A stretch of DNA of 64,000 nucleotides from NCBI GenBank assembly GCA_036502405.1, contig DASXYP010000047.1:10432-74431 (forward strand), written 5' to 3'. The notes beneath the pieces were generated by a model that saw only the letters and a program-made list of their open reading frames with translations, searched no databases and was not told the DNA's origin. A program made the translations under genes and the position numbers. Below, piece by piece: positions 57,728 to 64,000 of the stretch. Source of the DNA: Acidimicrobiia bacterium. Lineage in GTDB: Bacteria > Actinomycetota > Acidimicrobiia > IMCC26256 > JAENVU01. Positions within the stretch are counted from its first letter, which is position 1, and every line of letters begins with the position of its first letter.

Positions 57728-58189
57728 CTAATTCATCGCGACGTAGGCGGCGATGAAGATGAGGTTCAGCGCGATCGCGACGACCGCGATCACCCGGGCC
57801 GCGGTGACCATCCCGGTGCCGGTCAGCCGGCCGCCCGATTCCGCGATCTTGCGCTGGGCCTGGCTCGCGAGGACCAGCGCGACGATCCCGGCAAAGACCC
57901 CACAGACGAAGACGCCGACGATCGCGACGACCAGCGCCGCTACCGCGAGGCCCTCGGAGCGCGGGCCGTCGAAGCCGTACCCGGGCGCGGCGTACCCCGG
58001 TGCGCCGTACCCCGGCGCACCGTAGGCAGGCGGTGACGGGGGCGGGGGCGCGTACCCCGGTGACGTCGCCGGAGGTGGCGCGTACCCGGGCGGAGGAGGC
58101 GGGGGCGGTGGCGTCGCGGCCGGCGGCGTCGCGGCCGGCGGCGTCGCGGCCGGCGGTTCCGGCGGCTGCGCCGGGACGTCGTCGTCCAT
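57728..58189 (-). CDS. DUF4190-like membrane protein (tandem paralog)
   Basis: PPAAT x3 and GY-P repeats, SEGLAVAALV, IAESGG.LTGTG. Confidence 0.85.
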   Translation of the reverse strand: MDDDVPAQPPEPPAATPPAATPPAATPPPPPPPPGYAPPPATSPGYAPPPPSPPAYGAPGYGAPGYAAPGYGFDGPRSEGLAVAALVVAIVGVFVCGVFAGIVALVLASQAQRKIAESGGRLTGTGMVTAARVIAVVAIALNLIFIAAYVAMN

Positions 58190-58266
58190 CGCGCCAATGT
58201 AGGCCGGTGAGCCGCCGCGCCCGCGCTCTCTTCGCCCCTTGCGCGGCCTCGTGACAGACTCGTCGG

Positions 58267-59385
58267 ATGCCGCCCGAGAAGCTCTCCTGGAAGCACCTCT
58301 ACGACGAGGTGGTCACGTCTGGGCTGTGCACGGGATGCGCCGGTTGCGTCATCGCGTGCCCGCACGACGTCCTGTCGTACAAGGACACCGAGGGCACCTA
58401 CAAGCCGTTCCAGATCGAGGACTACGGCGGGCCCGGGGACTGCTCCCACGGCGACAAGAACTGCACGTCCTGCACCCGCGCGTGCCCGAGGTTCCGGGCC
58501 TGGGAGCCCGACGTGGACGAGTTCCTCTTCGGCCGCGTCCGCGAGCCCGACGAGCTCTCGGGGATCTACAAGGACATCGTGCTCGCCAAGGCCTCGGACC
58601 CGGTGCTGCACGAGGTCGGCCAGGACGGCGGGCTCGTCTCCGCGATCCTCCTGTACTGCCTCGAGCAGAACATCATCGACGCCGCCCTGGTCTCGTACCT
58701 CGAGGGCGACGGTTCGACGTGGAAGGCGATCCCCGGTGTCGCCCGGACCAAGGAGGACATCATCGCCTCGGCCGGCAGCCGCTACACGTACTCCGCGAAC
58801 CCGATGGCGTACGCCGAAGCCGTCGAGGCGGGCGCCGAGCGCATCGCGCTGGTGGGCATGAGCTGCCAGAGCTCGATGCCGCCGGTGATGAAGCAGCGCA
58901 AGGCCGGCAAGGTCGCCCGGCGTCTCTCGCTGAACATCGGCCTGCTGTGCTCGAAGACCTTCGACGACGCGATCTTCGAGGAGCTGTTCGAGGCGAAGTA
59001 CGGGCTCCACAAGGCCGACATCAAGAAGATGAACATCAAGGGCGTGTTCCAGATCTGGATGCACAACGGCGACTACCACGAGGTGCCGCTGAAGGAGTGC
59101 CACGCGTGGACCCGGGAAGGCTGCAAGTCCTGCCCGGACTTCGCGGCCGAGCACGCCGACATCTCCACCGGCGGCATCGGCAAGTTCAACGACTGGACGC
59201 TGACGATCGTCCGCACCGACCTCGGCCGCGAGATCATGGCCGGGCTCCAGTCGGAGGGGTGGATCGACGTCCGGCCGGGCGACGACGACCCTGACGCGAT
59301 CGAGCTGATGCACAAGCTCTCGAAGCGCTCGCGCAAGCGCTGGCCCGAGTTCGCCATCCCCGAGCCCCGGCTGATCGGCACCTGA
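58267..59385 (+). CDS. Coenzyme F420 hydrogenase/dehydrogenase beta-subunit (FrhB/FdhB) family protein with 2x[4Fe-4S] domain
   Basis: CTGCAGCVIACP, CTSCTRACP, QDGGLVS, GSRYTYS, GMSCQ, GLLCSKTF, CKSCPDF..E.ADISTG. Confidence 0.92.
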   Translation: MPPEKLSWKHLYDEVVTSGLCTGCAGCVIACPHDVLSYKDTEGTYKPFQIEDYGGPGDCSHGDKNCTSCTRACPRFRAWEPDVDEFLFGRVREPDELSGIYKDIVLAKASDPVLHEVGQDGGLVSAILLYCLEQNIIDAALVSYLEGDGSTWKAIPGVARTKEDIIASAGSRYTYSANPMAYAEAVEAGAERIALVGMSCQSSMPPVMKQRKAGKVARRLSLNIGLLCSKTFDDAIFEELFEAKYGLHKADIKKMNIKGVFQIWMHNGDYHEVPLKECHAWTREGCKSCPDFAAEHADISTGGIGKFNDWTLTIVRTDLGREIMAGLQSEGWIDVRPGDDDPDAIELMHKLSKRSRKRWPEFAIPEPRLIGT

Positions 59386-59418
59386 GGGACATCGCCCGCC
59401 CGACAGAAGAGGTCCCTG

Positions 59419-59886
59419 ATGCAACCGAACGCCAACGTGCTGAAGGCCCTGGAGGACGTGCTCCAGGCAGAGATCGCGGCGATCAACAGCTACTTCATCC
59501 ACGCCAAGCTGCTCGGCAACTGGGGCTACACGAAGCTCTCGACCAAGGCCTACGACGAGTCGATGGACGAGATGCGCCACACCGAGCAGCTCGTGGACCG
59601 GATCGTCTACTTCGACGCCATCCCCAACCTGAACAAGATCGGCCGGGTCCGGGTGGGAAAGACCGTCCGCGAGCAGTTCGAGCTCGCGCTGGAGCTCGAG
59701 ACCGCGCAGGTCGCCCGGATCAACGCCGCCATCGTGACCTGCAACGGTGCGAAGGACGACGGGACCCGTCTGGTGCTGGAGCCGATGGTCACTGCGGGGG
59801 AAGCCTCGATCGACTGGCTCGAGACCCAGCTCGCCGCGCTCGACGCGCTCGGCGACAGCGCGTACCTGGCGCAGCAGCTCGACTGA
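59419..59886 (+). CDS. bfr: Bacterioferritin-like subunit, heme-Met retained, ferroxidase centre incomplete
   Basis: E18, Y25, E51, M52, H54, E94 conserved; positions 127 and 130 are G and S; IDWLETQL. Confidence 0.88.
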   Translation: MQPNANVLKALEDVLQAEIAAINSYFIHAKLLGNWGYTKLSTKAYDESMDEMRHTEQLVDRIVYFDAIPNLNKIGRVRVGKTVREQFELALELETAQVARINAAIVTCNGAKDDGTRLVLEPMVTAGEASIDWLETQLAALDALGDSAYLAQQLD

Positions 59887-60017
59887 GCTGCCGCCCTTCG
59901 ATCGGGCCGCCCCGTCGACCCCACGCCGATCGACACGCGATACCGGTGGGCAGAACCCCCGAATTGGTGCGCGTGAGCGCGTAACCTCCTCGCATCCCCC
60001 GGAGGTCGAACCCACCG

Positions 60018-61703
60018 ATGCCTGACGCCCTTTCCACCCTCGTCCCGCGCCTCGAGGCCGCCGCGCAGCGCAAGCGCGCGATCACCTTCGTCACCGGCGA
60101 CACGGACAGCGCCGCCTACAGCACCGAGCCGGTCGAGTGGGCCCGGATCCATGACGACGCCCGGGCCATGGCCGCCGAGCTCCAGGCCCGCGGGGTCGAG
60201 CCCGGCCACTCGGTGTCGGTCATCGGACCGACCTCCCGGGACCTCGTCACGGCCATCCAGGCGGTCTGGCTCGCCGGCGGCTGCCTGGTGATGCTCCCGC
60301 TGCCGATGCGGATGGGCTCGATCGAGGAGTTCGTCGAGCAGACCCGGGCCCGGATCTCGAATGCCGAGAGCCGGATCGTGATCGCCGACGGGCAGCTGCT
60401 CGCGTTCATGACGCCCGAGCCGACCGACCCGCCGATGATCACGCTCGACGAGCTCCGCGCCGCCGTCGCGACGCGTGGGAGCGACGCCTACCTCCGGGTC
60501 CCCGACGATCCGAACGCACTCGCGATCCTGCAGTTCACCAGCGGGAGCACCGCGGATCCCAAGGGCGTCATGCTGCCGCAACGGTGCGTGACCGCGAACA
60601 TCGACGCGATCGACGAGGCGCTGGTCATCGACTACGACCTCGACCGCGCCGCGTCGTGGCTGCCGCTCTACCACGACATGGGGCTCATCGGCATGCTGAC
60701 CATCCCGATGACCACCGGCACGGACCTCGTGCTCGCCGGCCCGCAGGACTTCCTCGCCGCGCCGGCTCGCTGGGCCCAGTGGATCTCGGACTTCCACTGC
60801 AGCATCACCGCCGGGCCGAACTTCTCGTACGCGCTCTCCGCCCGGGCCATGCGCCGCGGCGGCGACCTGGATCTGAGCCAATGGCGCGTCGCGCTCAACG
60901 GCGCGGAGCCCATCGAGCCGAGCGCGGTCGAGGACTGGCTGGCGGCCGGCGCACGGCACGGCCTCCGCGTGGGTACCGCGTTCTGCGCCTACGGCATGGC
61001 CGAGTCCACGGTGGGCATCACCTTCCCGGAGCCGGGCAAGGGCATGTTCGTCGACGCGGTCGACGCCCGGGTCCTCGAGACCGACCGCTACGCGGCGCCG
61101 CTCGACCACTCCGCGCCCGGCGCCCGCCGCCTCCCCTGCCTGGGCCGGGCGATACGCGGCCTGGAGCTGCGCGTGGTCGACCCCGAGACCGGCGTCCCGC
61201 TTCGCGACCGCGAGGCAGGCGAGCTCGAGGTGCGCGGCACCTCGGTCACGCCGGGCTACTTCCGCAACGAGCGCGCGACCGCCGAGGTGTTCCACGACGA
61301 CTGGCTGCGCACGGGCGACCTCGGGTACCTGTTCGACGGCGAGCTGGTGATCTGTGGCCGGCTCAAGGACGTGATCATCGTCGGCGGCCGCAACGTGTTC
61401 CCCGAGGACATCGAGCGCGCCGCGGCCGGCGTCGAGGGAGTGCGCGCGGGCAACGTCATCGCGTTCGGCAGCCCCGGGAGACGCGGCCGCGAGTCCGTCG
61501 TGGTCGTGGCCGAGACCCGTGCGGACGACGCCACCACCGTGCGCGACGCAGTTGCCGCGTCCGTGACCGACGCGGTCGGGGTCGCCGCGGAGGTCGTGCT
61601 CGTCCGTCCGGGGTCGCTGCCCAAGACGTCCTCGGGCAAGCTCCAACGTTCCCTCTGCAAGACGCGCTACCTCGACGACATCCTCGAACCGGTCGCGCAG
61701 TAG
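60018..61703 (+). CDS. Fatty acyl-AMP ligase (FAAL)
   Basis: QFTSGSTADPKG, WLPLYHDMGLIG, NGAEP, YGMAE, LRTGDLG, LPKTSSGKLQR. Confidence 0.92.
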   Translation: MPDALSTLVPRLEAAAQRKRAITFVTGDTDSAAYSTEPVEWARIHDDARAMAAELQARGVEPGHSVSVIGPTSRDLVTAIQAVWLAGGCLVMLPLPMRMGSIEEFVEQTRARISNAESRIVIADGQLLAFMTPEPTDPPMITLDELRAAVATRGSDAYLRVPDDPNALAILQFTSGSTADPKGVMLPQRCVTANIDAIDEALVIDYDLDRAASWLPLYHDMGLIGMLTIPMTTGTDLVLAGPQDFLAAPARWAQWISDFHCSITAGPNFSYALSARAMRRGGDLDLSQWRVALNGAEPIEPSAVEDWLAAGARHGLRVGTAFCAYGMAESTVGITFPEPGKGMFVDAVDARVLETDRYAAPLDHSAPGARRLPCLGRAIRGLELRVVDPETGVPLRDREAGELEVRGTSVTPGYFRNERATAEVFHDDWLRTGDLGYLFDGELVICGRLKDVIIVGGRNVFPEDIERAAAGVEGVRAGNVIAFGSPGRRGRESVVVVAETRADDATTVRDAVAASVTDAVGVAAEVVLVRPGSLPKTSSGKLQRSLCKTRYLDDILEPVAQ

Positions 61704-61710
61704 CACGCGC

Positions 61711-62442
61711 GTGCGCGTGCTCCTGGTCTCGGATCTGCACTACGTCCTCCCGCAGCTCGACTGGGTCGTGTCCGTCGCGTCCGACTACGACCTCGTCGTC
61801 GTCGCCGGCGACCATCTCGACATCAGCTCGCTCGTGGAGCCCGACGCACAGATCGCGGTCGTGCTCGAATACCTCTCGTTGCTGGCGACGAAGACGACGG
61901 TCGTGGCCTGCTCCGGGAACCACGACCTCGACTCCCGCAACGCGGACGGCGAGCGCAGCGCGACCTGGCTGGAAGACGCGCGTGGTTCGGGTGTCCTCAC
62001 CGACGGGATGCACCTGGAGACCGACGACCTGATGGTCACCGTGTGCCCCTGGTGGGACGGGCCCCTCACCCGCGAGGTCGTCGAGGTGCAGCTCGCGGAC
62101 GCCGCAGGCCGGGTCGGCGACCGCCGGTGGATCTGGGCGCACCACGCGCCGCCCGCGGACTCGCCGACCAGCTGGACCGGACGGCGCCACTACGGCGACG
62201 AGGAGCTCGTGCGCTGGATCGAGCGCTTCCGCCCCGACCTCGTGCTGTCCGGCCACGTGCACCCGTCGCCCTTCGTGCCCGCCGGGGCGTGGATCGACCG
62301 CATCGGCTCGACGCTCGTGCTCAACCCCGGCCGCCAGCCGGGACCCGTCCCGAGCCACATCGAGATCGACACCGGGACGGATCTCGCGCGCTGGATCTCC
62401 TACGAGGGCGTCGCCGAGCTCACGCTCGCCGAGGTCTCCTGA
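61711..62442 (+). CDS. Metallophosphoesterase (class III phosphodiesterase-like)
   Basis: SDLH, AGDH, SGNHD, HHAPP, SGHVH motifs. Confidence 0.9.
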   Translation: MRVLLVSDLHYVLPQLDWVVSVASDYDLVVVAGDHLDISSLVEPDAQIAVVLEYLSLLATKTTVVACSGNHDLDSRNADGERSATWLEDARGSGVLTDGMHLETDDLMVTVCPWWDGPLTREVVEVQLADAAGRVGDRRWIWAHHAPPADSPTSWTGRRHYGDEELVRWIERFRPDLVLSGHVHPSPFVPAGAWIDRIGSTLVLNPGRQPGPVPSHIEIDTGTDLARWISYEGVAELTLAEVS

Positions 62443-62445
62443 GGG

Positions 62446-62931
62446 TCAGTACTCGGGATCGGGATCCCGGTCCGACCCGAGCTGCCGGCGCGGTCCGGGA
62501 CTCGCGGACAGCGTGGAGAGCACGGTGTCGATCATCCCGAGTCCACCCTCGTGGCCTGCGTACTGCCGCTTGAGGTCGGCGAGGTAGGTCGTCATCACCT
62601 GCAGCCGGCGCGCCAGCATCTGCGCGAGCGCGAGGGGCAGGTCGGGGCCGCGTTCGAGCATCGCGCCGGCATCGGCGATCACCGCGAGCGTCGACCGCTC
62701 GGTGACCACGACGTCCGCGGTCGCGGCCACCCCGAGCAGGATCGACATCTCGCCGACGCACGTCCCGGGGTCGGTGACCGTCGCGATCGGCACCCCGCCC
62801 TTCTCGACCCGGAGCGCGCCGTCGACCAGGACGAAGAGCGAATCGACCACTTCGCCGTCGGTCAGCAGCACCTCGCCCCGTTCGACCGTCCGCCGCGGCG
62901 CGCCGTCGGCCAGCGTGAGGAGGTCGACCAC
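62446..62931 (-). CDS. Stand-alone cyclic-nucleotide-binding domain protein
   Basis: LLTDGE, LFVLVDGALRV, PG.CVGEMSILL, TADV; no Crp HTH. Confidence 0.88.
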   Translation of the reverse strand: MVDLLTLADGAPRRTVERGEVLLTDGEVVDSLFVLVDGALRVEKGGVPIATVTDPGTCVGEMSILLGVAATADVVVTERSTLAVIADAGAMLERGPDLPLALAQMLARRLQVMTTYLADLKRQYAGHEGGLGMIDTVLSTLSASPGPRRQLGSDRDPDPEY

Positions 62932-62990
62932 CGGCGCAGTCTCGCACGGTGCACCCGGATGCCCACGGAGCGGTCAGGTGTCCGACAGGC

Positions 62991-63587
62991 TCAGCGGTCG
63001 GTACGGTCGAGCAGCTTGTCGGCGGACACCGGCACCCAGCGCTCGAGCGCATCGAGCAGCGCGTCGGGGTCCGGCTCGACGATCACCAGCCCGCGATGCG
63101 CCGGACGGATGAAGCCCTCGTGCGCTGCGTGCCCGAGCAGCGCGGCGAGTGCGTCGTAGAAGCCGTCGACGTTGAGCACGCCGCACGCCTTGGTGTGGAT
63201 GCCGAGCTGCGTCCACGTGACCGCCTCGAAGAACTCGTCCAGCGTCCCGTAGCCACCCGGCAGCATGACGAACGCGTCGGCCCGTTCGGACATCCTCGCC
63301 TTGCGCTCGTGCATCGTCTCGACGACTTGGAGCGAGGTCAGGCGTTCGTGCGCGACCTCGCGCTCGGCGAGGGTCCGGGTGATGACACCGTGCGCCTCGC
63401 CGCCGGCCGCGAGGACCGCGTCCGCAAGCACGCCCATCAGCCCGACGTGGCCGCCGCCGTAGACGAGCCCGATGCCGCGCGCCACGAGCACCCGACCCAG
63501 CGCCGAGGCGGCGTCCGCGAACGCCGGGTCGTCCCCGGTGCTCGAGCCGCAGTAGACGCAGAGCGTCGACAACCGCGCCGGGACCAC
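62991..63587 (-). CDS. LOG family (TIGR00730) nucleotide phosphoribohydrolase
   Basis: CVYCGSS, LVYGGG.VGLMG, MHERK, PGGYGTLDE motifs. Confidence 0.95.
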   Translation of the reverse strand: MVPARLSTLCVYCGSSTGDDPAFADAASALGRVLVARGIGLVYGGGHVGLMGVLADAVLAAGGEAHGVITRTLAEREVAHERLTSLQVVETMHERKARMSERADAFVMLPGGYGTLDEFFEAVTWTQLGIHTKACGVLNVDGFYDALAALLGHAAHEGFIRPAHRGLVIVEPDPDALLDALERWVPVSADKLLDRTDR

Positions 63588-63590
63588 GCG

Positions 63591-64000
63591 CTACACCAGG
63601 GGCCAGGGCACGGAGTGGTAGCCCTCGTCCGGCACGGGGTACCGGCCCCGGCGCAGGAGGGTGCGCGCCCGGTCGCCGACCGCCGCGACCTCCGACGGGG
63701 CGAGGAGCTCGCCGAGCCGGTGGCCGAACGGGCCGTCGAGGTCCTCGAGGACGCACTCGACGGTCGCGAGGATCGGCGGGGGCACCGGCTCACCGGCGAA
63801 GTCCCAGATCACGGTGCGCAGCTTGTCGGCCACGTGGAACGTGAGGCCGTGGTCGATGCCCCACACGTGCCCGTCGGCCAGCCCGGCCAGGCAGTGGCCA
63901 CCCTTGCGGTCGGCGTTGTTCGCGAGCACGTCGAACACCGCGAAGCGCTTGAAGTCGTCGGGGTGCGCCTCGAGCAGCGTGAAGTAGTGCTCCTCGGGGT
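63591..64000 (-). CDS. SCO1664-family PI3/4-kinase-like protein (partial, 5' end outside window)
   Basis: FDVLANNADRKGGH, WGIDHGLTFH, KLRTVIWDFAG. Confidence 0.88.
   Translation of the reverse strand, partial: PEEHYFTLLEAHPDDFKRFAVFDVLANNADRKGGHCLAGLADGHVWGIDHGLTFHVADKLRTVIWDFAGEPVPPPILATVECVLEDLDGPFGHRLGELLAPSEVAAVGDRARTLLRRGRYPVPDEGYHSVPWPLV

Noticed and set aside
58108-58152. 15-bp tandem repeat
   Set aside because: Encodes the PPAAT low-complexity linker within the DUF4190-like CDS.

Overview
Very GC-rich chromosomal segment from an actinobacterium, most likely Acidimicrobiia. The taxon is inferred from gene order, leaderless TANNNT promoters and protein families; no database search was run. 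Backbone genes: ask-asd; dnaX-ybaB-recR next to a large (Alu-domain) SRP RNA; two tRNA-Ser genes; tadA; metY-metX; metF. A dispersed ethylmalonyl-CoA/propionyl-CoA gene set (thiolase, 3-hydroxybutyryl-CoA dehydrogenase, ccr, epimerase, ecm, pccB plus epsilon) spans about 6-23 kb. Accessory blocks follow both tRNAs (HD-GYP/LuxR module, TetR/MFS, TetR/MMPL, TetR/SRPBCC operon). The right end holds copA-csoR, an FrhB-like protein, an atypical bacterioferritin, a FAAL and a metallophosphoesterase/cNMP-binding pair. No integrase, transposase, prophage or CRISPR-Cas was seen. The most unusual signals are non-coding or very small: (i) a His-rich 28-codon uORF whose RNA can pair with the start codon of an orphan egtA-like gene; (ii) a CGTC-tagged dispersed element whose end coincides with the TAGCCT -10 of pccB and metX; (iii) a second dispersed hairpin family with conserved loops and variable stems; (iv) a 60-bp tandem hairpin array with a compensatory base-pair change; (v) the same 18-bp palindrome on both sides of an HD-GYP/LuxR regulator; (vi) a bacterioferritin that keeps Met52 but lacks two ferroxidase ligands.
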